This document shows, in pieces, positions 1 through 13,639 of a stretch of DNA of 64,000 nt. The notes beneath the pieces are model-generated. The model had not been told where the DNA came from, searched no databases, and worked only from the letters and a program-made list of their open reading frames with translations. The number at the start of each line of letters is the position of its first letter. Within the stretch, counting starts at the first letter, position 1. The translations under genes were made by a program, and so were the position numbers. This DNA is from the human T2T-CHM13v2.0 reference genome, Homo sapiens: NCBI RefSeq assembly GCF_009914755.1, contig NC_060939.1. One strand, 5' to 3'.

Positions 1-205
1 GCAGCTTTGGAATCAGAGAGAGCTGGGTTTAAATCCTTCCTCTGCTACTTACTGGTCCTGTGATCTCAAGTGTTCCTCCACTTCGAGACCCATTTCATAG
101 TCCTCAAGGCCAGTGATGATCATGTCGAGTTCTTCACTTTGTTGTAAAGAAAGGTGACATGACATAGCAGATGGACAGCGTCAAGCACAGTGCTGAGAAC
201 ATAGG
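1..205 (+). mobile_element. MIR SINE fragment
   Basis: MIR core-like 'tggaatcagagagagctgggtttaaatccttcctctgctacttact' and 3' 'agcacagtgctgagaacatagg'. Confidence 0.65.
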
Positions 206-739
206 TATTCCATGGACATTCCCTTTCTTCCTTCCTCTCCAATCCTTCCTCAGTTATTGACTTAGATCATCTTCTCCAAGTTTTCTTCTCTCCAGGCTGC
301 CAGGTGCAGATTTGGGCACTGATCTTAGCAACAGTGGCTCCACTTTTGATTATTTCATGTCGGTTTCTGGGTCCCCATGTATAGCTCAGACTCATCCTTC
401 TCACTCCTCCCTATCCAAAGTGTGACTGGGGATGGGGGGCTGAAACCACCCCACCCCTCCCAGAGCCAATTCCAAGGCCAGGCAAGCCAAGTGCTCTCTA
501 CTCTACTCTTTCTTCTGGGTGCAGACCCTGTGAGGGGAGTTTTGGTTTTGCCAGCCACGACCAGGCCAGCCCCTCCCTTGTCTGGCTTTTGTTAGATTGT
601 GTTACAACCTTACTGTTACTTAACTGTAGAGGACTTGGGGATGTGCGTGCTGTGTGTGTGAGAGAGAGAGTCTGTGTGTTAATAGTAACTTGTGATAGAT
701 GCCTTTGGCGCCCACACATTCAATAACACCCACACTCAC

Positions 740-1430
740 AAAAAAAGAAGTGGGGAGGGGAGTCGTTTTATGGGAGATAACATAACTGCTTGCAATTTGG
801 CTATTCATTGTATCTTTGGCATTTTATGTACTGCATTAGCGGAGGCAATTTCATGCATATGGATATAATGCATTAAGTGGAGGCATTTAAATATAGTGAA
901 ACTAATTTTATGATGATTAGTTGAAGGAAAACATTGCATTCGTATCATCTATATAGAAGCCAATTTGCATGAAAATGCCCAAAGTTGCTATGCCAACATT
1001 TTCTGTGCTGCTGGTCGGGGTCGCCTCCGAGTCAAGACTTTGTATTAAAAATCGGTCTCCAGTGCCCATGTCTTTTAATTCATTGCAAGCTGTAGGCCAT
1101 TTGCTCACAAAGCGCTCGCAGTAAAACAAATGAATAGCTAAAATACTCATTTGCATGATTCCCATTTGAAAACGATTCCCCTGAAATTAAAAAAGCGTGT
1201 TACTCGGTTGTGAAGATGGATGGGCCAGTGAGGCGGGCAATTAATATTTTCAGCGTTCTCTTTAAAGCCCTCCCAAGACTGAGAACAGCACATGCTAGAC
1301 AAATTGGGCCCCACAACAGTTTCAGGGCCTCAGCGGCAGCAGCTTGCTTCCACTGTCTCTCCTTTATTGTCTCACTTACATTATGCAGTAATTAAAACTA
1401 TTTACCATTCCTACTTATCTGCCATCTGCC
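740..1430. promoter_or_regulatory. Candidate conserved non-coding element / developmental enhancer
   Basis: No recognisable repeat; AT-rich; octamer ATTTGCAT at 963-970 and 1149-1156; MORE-like ATGCATATGGAT at 853-864; many TAAT/ATTA; several retained CpGs. Conservation is inferred, not shown. Confidence 0.45.
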
Positions 1431-1782
1431 ACCACGGAAGGTTCCTCTTCTTTAGAAAGCCTTCTTAAAGAGCGGCAAGAACAGGAGAAGAGTTGGCACT
1501 GACTCTGGAAGGGGCCTCGGGGGTCTTTTCCTGCCCCTGCCATGCCCACCCATCCCTCCATGAAGCGAAGGTGTCAGGAGGTCATGGTATGTGAAGCTGA
1601 GTTTCTGAGTGAGCTGGTTGTATGTGGGGTGGGGGTGTTAGAGCACAGCTTCCTCCACCTTTGGGAAGGAATCTCAACTTAGATCTGGGGTTATCTTTAT
1701 GTCAAGGGAGAGCCTAGGCCTGGATCCTCCCACAGGTGACAGCTGAAAGGGGTCTGGGAGCTTTGGCCATGCAGCTGGCCAT

Positions 1783-1968
1783 CAAAGCCACCAATTACAG
1801 TTGTACAGGTTGTTCACTGCACAAGCATAGCCAACCCAGGGCACTGTGAAGGCTGAAGTCTATCCTGTGATCTGTTCATCCATCTGAGGTCCTTGTGGCG
1901 TATGTCTGCCCCAAGGGGCCACCTTCAAATGCACACAGAAGGCATTCTATGACCTAGCTGGAGCCTTG
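1783..1968. mobile_element. MER91A-like hAT-Tip100 non-autonomous DNA transposon
   Basis: 'tacagttgtacaggttgttcactgcacaag...ggctgaagtc...gcacacagaaggcattctatgacctagc' resembles the MER91A consensus. Confidence 0.6.
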
Positions 1969-3397
1969 TTTGAGGGAAGCCATTTTGAAAGCAAACAAGT
2001 CTCTGCCCCCTTTTCTGTGGCAAATGATACCTCCCAGAGTGGTCATTCTACAATGGGACCTAGCTTTGCACAGGCTTAGCATTTGCTTGCAGAGGCTGAG
2101 CTAGGCTGTCCAAAGAGCAGCCTCCTCTGTGGGCGTTTCTACTACCTCCTGCACCCAGCCCCCAAAGCCAGCACAGACCGTGTAAGGAGAAGCCAAACGC
2201 AGTCAGAAACGGGAACTAGCTCTCTCACCAGGACACAGTTGCCAGCCTGGAGCCTGCAGACTTGTAGCAGCTGGCAGGCTCTGGGAGGACAGGGCCTGTT
2301 TCGAGAGTGGTTTCTGCTTCCTCTTCTTTTCAGAGCCCACCCCAGTCCTGGGCACACAGCACGTTTCTCAAAGTAATTGTTGAATGAAGTGGTCAGCAAA
2401 GTTTGCAGCCTTCCCTTCACTGCCTAGCTTTGAAGCCTCCTCTGAAACTTTATCGAGTAGACACTCTCAGCTCACATCTTCCCGTTTTAGTGATCCTTTC
2501 CTGGTACACAGCCAAAGGATTTGTATTTGCCTAGAACTGATCCTTTTAGCTGTGAGCTTTCTGGCTGCATTCCTCAGCCCATGCCTAAAAGACATGCACA
2601 GCAATAGGTGCTGTGTCTGCCCAAGGCCTGGAACACCCCTTCCCTGTCTTCTCATCTCTGACACTTCATATCTGTTTCTCCATCCTCCTAGGAAATGGGA
2701 CCTTGCTTGCCCAGGCCCACAGACTCAGCTCTCTTGGCCTCAGCTAACTTATGTGGGTTTGAGTTGGTGCTTGGTATGACTGTCACAGCCTCCATCACCA
2801 GGGGGCTCTGGAACATCCTGGCCTTGGGCAGATCAGGGAGGATGTCTGGCCATTCATAATGAAGTGATAATGCTTTATTGAAGATACTGGCTTGGGTTCC
2901 ACACCGGGAAAGGTGAATTTCAAACAAGAGCTTTGTCCATCAATGGTGAGGACTCCATCTCTGGAATGAGTTAGTGAGTTCCATGTTGTTGTCACTAAGG
3001 ATGTGGTAGCATCTGAGAGTCACACAGAAGATTCTCCATCCCTAACTAACACAAAGGCCCCTGCTGAGCACTGAGGGCTCTCCTGCTGCCTAGGCGAACC
3101 AGAAACTCATTCTCACTAATGGGACAGAGAAGGAACATTCGTGGAGCATGCGGGTCATAGAATTAAAATAGATAAGTATATACGTGGGGAAAAGGCAAGA
3201 CTTAACTTAGAGAACAGTCCTCTCTAAGGCCTGGCTATAGGCACGGAGGGATCAGGGGTACCCGTGTAGCATTTCACATGCTGTCACATCAGCAGCTGCT
3301 TATACCACCATCAGGAAACACGCTTCCCACACAAACCTCACCACCGTCCACCCAGGCTCCTGCAGACTGGCCAGGGCACCAGATGCTACCAGTTCAC

Positions 3398-3570
3398 TGG
3401 AAAGTACACTGACCTTGGAGTCCATAGCCCTGGGTTGGAGTCTCCCCTCTGCCATCGACTATCTGTCTGATTCTAGGTCAGTCATTGAAACTCTATGCTA
3501 CTCTCAGTTTTCTCATCCATGAAATGGGCTTCCATGCCTGCCCATCTTGAGACAGGTCGTCATGTGTCCA
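3398..3570 (+). mobile_element. MIR fragment
   Basis: 'ttggagtccatagccctgggttggagtc...ctcagttttctcatccatgaaatggg'. Confidence 0.65.
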
Positions 3571-3804
3571 TGAGTTAATAAATATATAGAATTCCAGAGT
3601 CCACCCTGTATCCCCAGAGCAGGTGTATGTCCCCCCGGAGCAGATGGAAACACGTTTGTATGCTGAGAGAGTCTGCAGATTTAAGATGACAGTTGCTCTT
3701 AGCCTGCACCTGAGTATATTCCAGCTCTGCAATTCGGAGTTGGGCACTTGAAAAGCTAGGCCTGCCCTTGCTGAGGAAGGGCAAGACAATGAAAGCCATA
3801 TCCA

Positions 3805-4040
3805 ACATTGCTTAACAGCCACTGTATACCGAGCCCTGTGCTAAACTCCCAGCAGCAACTCTTAAGGTCCTTGTTCTACTGATGAGAAAATTGGGTCTCA
3901 GAGGATCCCAGAGGAGGAAAACTGGGGCTTAGAGAATCCCAGAGGATCTCAGAGGAGTCCTGGAGTCCAGTGTACTTCCTAACTCACTGTGTGACCTCAG
4001 GCAAGTCGCTTGCCCTCTCTGAGCCTCCATCTCCTCATTT
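3805..4040. mobile_element. Two MIR fragments (minus, then plus)
   Basis: 'actgatgagaaaattgggtctcagagg' and 'ctgtgtgacctcaggcaagtcgcttgccctctctgagcctc'. Confidence 0.6.
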
Positions 4041-4569
4041 CCACCCATCTGTTGCAATTCCCCAAACCACACTGCCTTCCAGATCCTCTACTGGCTGTTA
4101 AGTTTGCCTCTCCTGGCAAAGCGTTATAATAATTATTATGAAGCTTTGTTATTAAGACATGAGCGAGAGAGAAACATTCCTAGTTGCTGAGGAAGACATT
4201 AGTAAAAATAAACCAGGAAGCAGAAATCTGAAATGGAAGGGAAAGAATGAGCAGAAAATTCAAAATCACCCCCACGAAAACCTGCACCTGCTTTGTATTG
4301 GGAAGGAATTGGCTACAGGAAAAGAAGGGTGAAAAAGCCAACAACCCACTTAGCAACTACCACTAAAGATCAATACTGGACCAAAATAGAATCCCATGTA
4401 GGAAGCGATCTTGCTTCACAGCCCCAGAAAGAAAAAAAAAAAGTTAACATAGAGAAGCCATTTAAAGCAGAAAAAATATTTGTATGTAAAAGGAAATATT
4501 TTAGGTAGGAGTTGAATACCAAATGATTTTGGGTCTCTGTGGGGAGTAATGAGGCATGGCAAACACACA

Positions 4570-4980
4570 ATTCTATATGCATGTAATATTATCATCTCAC
4601 GCCTCGGAAAGCTTTTAAATCACAGAAATGCAGTTAGGGACCATTGTACAAAATAAACATCCCACTTGGTGTCTTGCTTGCCCTAAGTTCCTTGATCTAG
4701 AGCGGCACTGCCAGATTTTTACAGCCCCGTAAATTAACGTGGTGCTGATTTGATTGAGCTAAATTAATAAGACTTGTGCTTTGTTGCAAAATAACTATTA
4801 CAGTATGTTGTGGGGACGCACTGCCGATAAGGAAATTGGTGCCTTTAACAATCCCACTGAAGTTTCATGGAGGATTTCAAAACCAATTTTAATTAAAACA
4901 AAAGCCAATGTGTGGCAATAATGTGGGTGTTAAGGAGAGAAAATGCAAAATGTCTTTTTAAATCCATTTTAATATGTCTT
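4570..4980. promoter_or_regulatory. Candidate conserved non-coding element
   Basis: No recognisable repeat; AT-rich; TAAATTAA, TGATTTGATTGA (from 4746), TTAATTAA, CATTGT and GATAA motifs. Confidence 0.4.
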
Positions 4981-5639
4981 AAGGACTGGATGATCGATGT
5001 GGTGAGAGCCAGCGGCTGACACTGAGCTGGGAGGCTGCCTGTGCGCCTCTCTCCAGTGACAATGGCACCGCAGGCTCACCCGGTGGGCCTCTGCGCTGGC
5101 TCTCGATTTCCAGACCTGGGGTCATCTCCCAGGTTGAAGCTCCGGGGAAGGACCCCTTTTCTGGTGCTTTCTCAGTCCAGGGGACTGTGGCAGAAGCTGA
5201 GCTTCGTCCTCCTGGCCACACAGGCTGGAGCAGAGGTAGACAGAGCCTCAGCCTCCAGGCCTGGCTCCAGCCTCAAAGACAGGTTCTCCCCAGCTCCCCA
5301 CCCACTTGGCTCCCTGGCCGCTGCCAACACTTAAGGCACCTTCTGGGAAGCCTGGGGATGGGGAGGATATTGAATAAGAAACATCTGGAGTGCACTAGCA
5401 AGAGGAAGGGCTGGTGCCCTGAGGAAAGCGAGGCAGAGCATTGAGGATGGAAAACCTGCAGACCAGGCAGAGGAGACCCTAGACCTGCAGTGAGTGAGGG
5501 CCCCGGAGGCTCGAAGCTGGAGCCGCTGGGGGCCTGGGGGCCAGAGAAGTCCCCAGAGCTGGGCAGGGAGTGCTGCTGGGTGCCGGGGCAGGAGTGTGAG
5601 TTTGGTTGAGACTTAAGAAACTCACTCTTAAGTCTCAAC

Positions 5640-5765
5640 CTCCCTCACCTCGGTTTCCTCAGCTGTAAAATGGAAACAGTGATAGAATTTACATCACATA
5701 GCTGCTGTGAGGGATTAAATGAGGTTGGTACCTGACACACAAATGCCTAAAAACGATAGTTATTG
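5640..5765 (+). mobile_element. MIR fragment
   Basis: 'cctcggtttcctcagctgtaaaatgg...ctgtgagggattaaatgag'. Confidence 0.7.
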
Positions 5766-5869
5766 ATATAAAAAGAACAACCATAATATGACCTTCTTTT
5801 TACCTGTCATGTTTTCAATCAGGGACAGCTCTTATTTGAGGTCTTGCCATGTGATATGGACAACGATAA

Positions 5870-6062
5870 CATGAACAGGTACCAATATTTAGAGGTCCTA
5901 GGATGTCTCAGGTGCTGTTCTGCGCATCTTGTTCACAAGCACTGTCTCATCAGTCCTCACAGCAGCCTGTGAGGGGAAGGAAGTGTTGCACGATGTAGGA
6001 AGTGGTGGAGCTGGGATTCAAACCAAACATGCGTGACTTCAAATGCTTGCTCTTGACCACGT
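5870..6062 (-). mobile_element. MIR fragment
   Basis: 'agctgggattcaaaccaaacatgcgtgacttcaaatgcttgctcttgaccac'. Confidence 0.6.
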
Positions 6063-6069
6063 GGAACGT

Positions 6070-6141
6070 CAGCAGCCTTCAAAATTCTTTGAACTGAACC
6101 CACAGTAAAAAAAAAAACAACTTTTCCACAAGACCTGGCAT

Positions 6142-6191
<50 letters not shown>

Positions 6192-6337
6192 TTATTAGTA
6201 GGTTCCACAAAATGATACTCTTGTTACATATGATGCATATAATATTTTTATTCTGTTCTATTTCCTTTTACAAAGAAATTATTCATGACCCACTCCATTG
6301 TAACCGAGCTTTGAGACTCCCGTTTTGGAAAACGCTG
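6070..6337 (-). mobile_element. hAT-Charlie MITE (Charlie18a-like) containing a (CA)n
   Basis: CAG...CTG-type ends; internal 'acccacagtaaaa', 'ttctgttctattt', 'ttcatgacccact', 'tttggaaaacgctg'. Subfamily tentative. Confidence 0.55.
6145..6188. repeat. (AC)22 microsatellite
   Basis: Perfect AC dinucleotide run. Confidence 0.95.
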
Positions 6338-6793
6338 TCTGTACCCACTGCCATGTGAGAAAGTCTCTGTCTGCCTTCTCATTTGACCATCCCCCCGGCC
6401 CCAGAAGGCAGTTAGTGGTGTGCCATTGTACAGATGAGGAACTGAGATTCTGGATGGATTAGCGATTTGGCCCTGGCCCCCGCACATCCCCATGCCAGCA
6501 CTGACCATGCAGCTTGTGAATGCTCAGGTCTCAGCTGTCCCTCTGCCCCGATAAGCTCCATGAGGGGAAGCCCCATGTTGGCCTCGGCTCTTCATGACAG
6601 GGTGACCTTAGGCAAGTTATTTCAGTGCTCTGAGCCTTAGTTTACCTGTCTATAAAATGTGATAATTCAGGTTGTCCCCTTCTTCTTGCTGCAGCCCAGA
6701 GGGGTCCAGAGGGCGGAGAGTGGGAGTGCCCTCACCAGGGGCTCTCAGTCCTTGCAGGAGCCCTTGGGAGTCTTCTTTGTGGCCTGATATTGA

Positions 6794-7166
<373 letters not shown>

Positions 7167-7481
7167 TCTTCCTCTTATTTTTAGGTTTTTATTATCTACC
7201 TATTTTTTTTAATCTCACATTCCTATTTGGATCCCTTTTAATCAATCCTCCCATTTTTATACTTTAAAAAATTATTTTATTATCATTTTAACATTTTGAA
7301 TGGGAGAAACCCTTTTAGTTACTTCAAGTGACTCCTTCTCACTTTACATATTTTTATGTAAAACTAGCTTGGGGATGTTTGGGGGCTGAGGCCAAATCAC
7401 TACTTCAATTCCTCATCTGTACAATGGCTTCCTCATCTGTACAATGGCACTATCCACCTTCTGGGGCAGGTGGGATGGTCA

Positions 7482-7944
<463 letters not shown>

Positions 7945-8170
7945 TCATATATAAGGGTGTTATTTTGTAAAACCTAATAATAACTGTGTATTTTTATTTC
8001 ACAGTTTCTTTTTTTAGATTAAATTGATTTTATTATTTATAAACTCACTATTTTCTACTCTTGAATTCTTTGTAATGTGTTTTTTGAACAATGTTTCATC
8101 TTATTCTCATTCTTTATTTTGACCTTTTACAATTATCTTATCCTACCTTTGTCATCTGACCCTGCTCTCT

Positions 8171-8325
8171 TTTTTTAAGAGATGTTGTCTTGCTGTGTTG
8201 CCCAGGCTGAAGGGTCTTGGCACAATCATGGCTCACTGCAGCCTTGAACCCCTGGGCTCAAATGTTCCTGTGCCTCAGCCTCCTGAACAGCTGGGACTAC
8301 AGGTGCATGCCACTATGCCCAGCCA
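8171..8325 (-). mobile_element. Alu monomer (FRAM or AluJ arm)
   Basis: Single Alu arm in reverse with short poly-T. Confidence 0.85.
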
Positions 8326-9794
8326 TCTGACTCTGTTCTTTATTTTCCCTTTCTCTTATTCCCTTTTTGTGATTCTTTCCACCTGGGAGTGGGCATTTAC
8401 CACAAGAAAAAGGATGAAAGGATGCAAAGGAAGTCATAAGAAGGGCCCCATTCATACCTCGGGATAATGGGGCACCTTGGCCCCCTATATTTGTAGTTGT
8501 CAATCTGGCATGCCCATTTAAGGAAGGGGCTTCAAATCCCTTGCCCAGGCAGTCTCACAGTGAGCTCTTCCCAAGCCACAGTTCTCAGTGTGGCCACAGG
8601 ACTGATCCATTGGACTGGAGTTACCTCCCGGCCATTTATGTCAACTGAGCCTCAAGAAGACCTGACCTCTTAAACCTGCAATCTTCACTGTATCAAGCTC
8701 ATGGATCTGGAGTGACCATGTCAACAAGGTGATGCTTGTTGGTGTCACTTCCTAACGTCATTCAATTTGCCCACTTCTTTCCCCCTCCCAGTTTCCAGTT
8801 CAAGTTCACCTTGACTGAGATTCAGGATGGAGTGGTGATTTGGCCCCAGCCCCGAGACATTGCAATGCTAGCACTGACTACGCCACTTGTGAAGGCTTGT
8901 GTCGCAGCTGACCTGAGCAACAGCTTCTGAACTTTTCCACCCAAGTCCACTGTCTTCAATTTCTCTTCATTCAGCAGCCGGAGCCATTTTTTTTGGAGTA
9001 CCATCTGATTTCATTTGCCTGCTTAAAGCCTCCAATGACTTTGGCCTTAAGCCCTTCTCCACTCCTCCCTCCAACTTCATGCTGTTTCCTCCCATGATGT
9101 CTCCTGCTGTGTCCCTCTCAGGACCCTCTGAGTGCCTGGCACTGAGCTGAGCATTGGAAATGCAATGAACACTCAAGGAGACTGCTCAGAGCCAAGCCCA
9201 GAGTTGGGCACTGCAAGGCCAGAGAGGAATCAGACTGAAGCCACACCTTCAAGGGGCCCCACAGTCCCAGGGAAAGATGTACCCTCCTCCATAGCCTCCA
9301 GGGACAAGGAGAAGAGATGAGGAGCACCCTGCTGCCAACTGGCAGCTCCATGGTGCTAAGGACTCCCAAGGTGCTAAGGGCTCAGGGCCATGCACACAGC
9401 AGAATAACTCTAACTAGAGATGGAGACCTGAGGCCAGACATGTGCTGGAAGCTGACATCAGAGTACAGGGTAGGAACAGGGGCCAGGAAGAGGAATGAGG
9501 ATGGAGAAAAGTGAGGCAAGTGGCCACTAAGCCAAGATGAGTGAGGCCAGGCAAAACAACTGGAGGTCAGGACAGTCAGGACCATCCTCCCTGGAGAACG
9601 CGGACCAATTACATAGGTGTATGGGCAAGGCTCATGTGCACTGGGTAAGGCCCCACCATCCTCAGCAGGAGGTTTTGCCCAACAACCACCTCTCCATTAC
9701 TCACTGTATCCAAGAGACTGGACTGTACCACCTCCTGTTTTAGTTTCTCCAACAGAGGAACACTCTAACCTCGGGTTATGGAAAAAGCATTCAG

Positions 9795-11965
9795 CAGACT
9801 GCCATTTCCAGTAATATGGCAAATTGGGTTACTTAGACCAACCTTCATGGTAGAGACAACAGACATGGTAAATAAAAGTTAAAATATCTTCTTAAAAGCA
9901 TTCAGGGGCTACAAGATAGTAAGAAGTTACCAGTCCAAAAGCTAAGTGAAAGTAGGGACTCTGAGAGCACTGAAGTGAAAGTAGGGACTTGTGCCCTGTG
10001 GGCATTTGCTCAACCAGCAAACTTGAGCTTCAGTTTTGATACCATGGAGGGCTTTGGGGAAGAGAAGATGAAGCTCAGTGCTCAGCAAAGATGAGGAATC
10101 TAATAGGACATCCTCCTTCATAAAGGTGAGACTTGCAAAGGTACATCCTCAGGTAAGTGTGAACCAGAAGGAAGACTACCTCACCCCTCCCACACCCAGG
10201 GGCTTCAAGAAAAGTTATGAGAAGAGCAGGAAGGAAAACAGCCATTCATGAAAATTAGATTTATAGCCCAAATTTACATCACCTCAATGGTCAGAATAAC
10301 CATTATGATAAATTTAATTTAAAGTAGTCTTGAACTGTCTTTAGGATACCTGGCAGAAGCTACTCAGATCTTTTCCTCCCAAACCTCAAAGAAGTACCAA
10401 AAATAATTTTCCTGAGGAAAATGAACAAATAACTCAGGCCAAAAATAACCAAGAACTTGAGTACACAAGGAAAGAAGGCTCCAAGCGAGAATAGCAGAAA
10501 CAGATCTGCAAGATTTCAGATATTGGAATTATCAGGTGCAGAATATAAAGCAATGATGCTTACTATTCAGAAGGAGGAAAAAGGCAAGATTGATAATATC
10601 TACAGGGAACAGGAAAACCTTTAAAAGAGAGAGAGAGACTTAGCAGATTCTAAAAAGAAGGAAACATCACATCTAGAAATGATAAATAATCAAAGGAAAC
10701 ACTCAATGGATAAGTAAAACAGCGTATTAGATATAGCTGAAGAGAGAGTCAGTGGACTAGATGAATCCAACAAAGAAAGAAAAGGAGATAGGGAATATGA
10801 AAAAACGTTAAGAGATATGGGAGATAAAAATGAAAAGATATAAAATACATCAAATTAGAACTCCAGAAGGAGAAGAGTGAGAGAACTGGACAGAGCCAAT
10901 AATTCAGAAAATAATGGCTAAGAATTTCCAGATCTGAAAAAAGAAACCAATTTATAATTTTAAGATCAATAAATCCTATAAAGGTTAAATAAATGAAATA
11001 CACAGGTAGATTTGTCAGAGTGAAACTGGAGAACACCAAACACAAACAGAAATTTTGTTTTCTACAAGAAAGTGATTTGTTTCTACAGGATATATAACAG
11101 TGTATATAGGACTCACATTTTTTTCTTAATATATAAGACTAAGAAGATTCAAATATTTTTAAAGCTGTCAGTGAAGGGGAAAAACTAGATTACAACATAT
11201 TCAAAAGATAAAAGCTAGATTAGAAGGTTACTTTCAAAAGCAACAGTTGGGAGCCAGAAGACAAAATTTTAGCATGTGTTGAGCAAAAATAACCACTGAC
11301 CTAGAATTCTGTAGCCAGTGATAGTGTCTCTCAAGAACAAAGTAAAATTAAGGTTCTCAGATAAGAAGGAAGAAGAAAATTCCCACTGGAAGTGCCTCAC
11401 TAAAGGCAATGCCAAAGTTTGGACTAAGGGGAAAAGGAAAATGATTCCAGGATGAGGAGCTGAAGTATAAAAGCAAACAAACAGCAGAACTGGGAACTAT
11501 GTAGAAAAGACTAAGTAACCATTAACTGCTTTAAGCACTAATAACGTTATGTGGAATTAAAAGAAAAGACAGAATCTAAAGTATGAAAACATCAACACAT
11601 AAGTCAGGGGTTAAATGGATTTAAAGTGTTCTAAGTCCTTTTTATAGTTTAGGAGAAAGACAAGGGTATGGATTTATATTAGCTATTGGTAAGTTTTGAA
11701 TACATGTGTTGTAATTTCTAGGTGAACTATTAAAATAATAGAAATAGAAAATATATCTTTCAAATTGAGGACGACATTTTGAATTGTCAAAAATATTTCA
11801 TTAATATAAAAAAGGCAAGAAAGGAGAGTAAAAGAAACATAGGCAAGGTGAGGCATGTAGAAAGCACAAAATAATGTAGAAGAAATAAATGCAAATATAC
11901 CAGGAATTACATTAAATGTAAGTGGATTAAATGTTCCTGTTTAAAAGACTCCAGATTGTTGAACT
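9795..11965 (+). mobile_element. Ancient L1 (L1M-type) 5' region: decayed ORF1 and start of ORF2
   Basis: A-rich strand; ORF1-like 'gaactccagaaggagaagag...aataatggctaagaatttccag'; ORF2 endonuclease start-like 'attacattaaatgtaagtggattaaat' (ITLNVSGLN) near 11905-11931. Confidence 0.75.
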
Positions 11966-11989
11966 GGGGGCGGAGGATCTTTTTCCAGG

Positions 11990-12140
11990 GAAATTCACCC
12001 TCTTAGCTGTTGGCTGGAGGCCTAAGTTCCTCATCCCATGAGCCTCTCCATTGGCTAATTGAGTGTCCTAAGACATGGCTTCCCTCAGAGCAAGAGATCA
12101 AGAGAAAAGAATGAGGAAGTCACAGTGCCTTTTATAGATG
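11990..12140 (-). mobile_element. MLT1 (ERVL-MaLR) LTR fragment
   Basis: 'ggaggcctaagttcctc...gagtgtcctaagacatggcttccctcagagcaagagatc...cacagtgccttttat'. Confidence 0.55.
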
Positions 12141-12539
12141 TTGGCATTTCCTCTCTGAGTCTCAGTTTTCTCACCTGCATAGTGGATAAGTTGGACAAAT
12201 TATGAATGGCAAATGGGCTTCACCTTACCATAGAAATGCATTGGTGCAGTGAGAAGGGTTCTTAGACTGAACCTAAAGTCAGGGCTATATAGTGCCGCAA
12301 TTGATTAGCGGGGGAGCAGGAGCCTGGCAGCTTACTTCCCATGTGTATTTTACCCAGACTGAAGGAAGGATCATGAAACCCAGGGGAAAGCATCTCAGTT
12401 TCCCTCCTTGACTGGATAGAATTCTTCTGTCAACTCAAGCTCCTTACCTTATCAGTGACAAAAGCAGCCACTCTCCTAATACAGAGGCCTTGTCGTCCCA
12501 AGCCCTCATGTTTGGCATCACTTAATTAAGAAGCATTGG

Positions 12540-12655
12540 CCAGGGCTCTAGGGATAAACCTGGGTTCAGATCTTGTTTGTCACTTCACATCTGTGTGACC
12601 TCCAGCAATGTACTCCTCTTTAAGCCTCAGCTTTCTCAGCTATAACATGGAGATT
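12540..12655 (+). mobile_element. MIR fragment
   Basis: 'cctgggttcagatc...ctgtgtgacct...agcctcagctttctcagctataacatggag'. Confidence 0.6.
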
Positions 12656-12699
12656 TCTCCAGTTGAATGAAACATGGCAACTAGCCAACCAGTGCATCA

Positions 12700-13410
12700 A
12701 GAGTCATTGGCTCACACACCATGAGCCCGTCCTTGAGCTAATGGTGTTTTGGAGGATACAAAGAAATGGCCTAGAGTCCCTGCCCTTGAGGAACTTGCTG
12801 TCTATTTGCGGAGACAAGCTACATGACACTATCAGAGAACATTTCAAGCAAGTACAAGTAACAAGCACAGTGCCTAATGATCTGAGGTGACTGGATATGC
12901 TCTAGGGGTTCTGAAAGTGGGGTCCTCAGATCAGCATCACCTGGGAACCGGTGAGATATGCAAATTTTCAGCCCCCACACAAGACCTCTGAATCTACCAC
13001 TCTAGGACTGTGTCATAACATGCCCTCTCAGAGACTTGATGCATGTTCAAGTTTGGGAAGCACTACTTTGGGAATTCAGGACACAGAGGGACCAGGAGAG
13101 GCCTACTGGAGGATCTGGAATTTGATTCATAAAGAATGCCTGGTTGGATGGACAGAAGAAAGAGCAAAGGCAATTTCAGGGAAAGGCAACAGCCTGAGCA
13201 GGGGCAAGGAGGCAGGACAACTCGGCGTGTGCCGGACGCAGCTAGGGAACCAGCTGGATGGAACAGAGCACAAATGTCAGGAAAAGTAGCAGCTCACACT
13301 GAATAGGGAGGCCCTCAAATGCCCAGTAAGGAGCTTGGCCTTGGCAGGGCAAGCCACGAGGAGTCACTGCAGGTTTTTCAGGAGGAGAGTGACAACACAA
13401 TCTAGTACCT
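12700..13410 (-). mobile_element. L2 fragments interrupted by MER5A
   Basis: 'gtccctgcccttgaggaacttgc', 'gggaaaggcaacagcctgagcaggggcaaggagg', 'gtcactgcaggtttttcaggaggagagtgac'. Confidence 0.5.
12903..13065. mobile_element. MER5A DNA transposon
   Basis: 'atcagcatcacctgggaaccggtgagatatgcaaattttcagccccc...aagtttgggaagcact'. Confidence 0.75.
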
Positions 13411-13639
13411 CTTCGAGAGCCAGCAGCCACAGTCCTTTCCCAGCTCTCACTGCATTCCTAACTCAGACAAACACCTCTATTCACTGGCATCCTCCCAAGA
13501 GATCCCAGCCACGAGGCAAGGAGACTGCCAGTCAGGAAGGTAGGGAGGAAGGCTAAACCGGCCTCTCTCTCCCGCAGAAAACCTCTGAAGCCCCAGCCCA
13601 GCACGGGCCTGAGCTGCTCCAGCAACCACGGGCCGTGAG

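Noticed and set aside
9340-9385. REST/NRSE-like sequence (TCCATGGTGCTAAG)
   Set aside because: Only one half-site matches; the other half is absent.
9944-9990. 17-bp direct repeat AAGTGAAAGTAGGGACT
   Set aside because: A small local duplication inside a decayed L1 5' region; the IRF-like match alone is not evidence of function.
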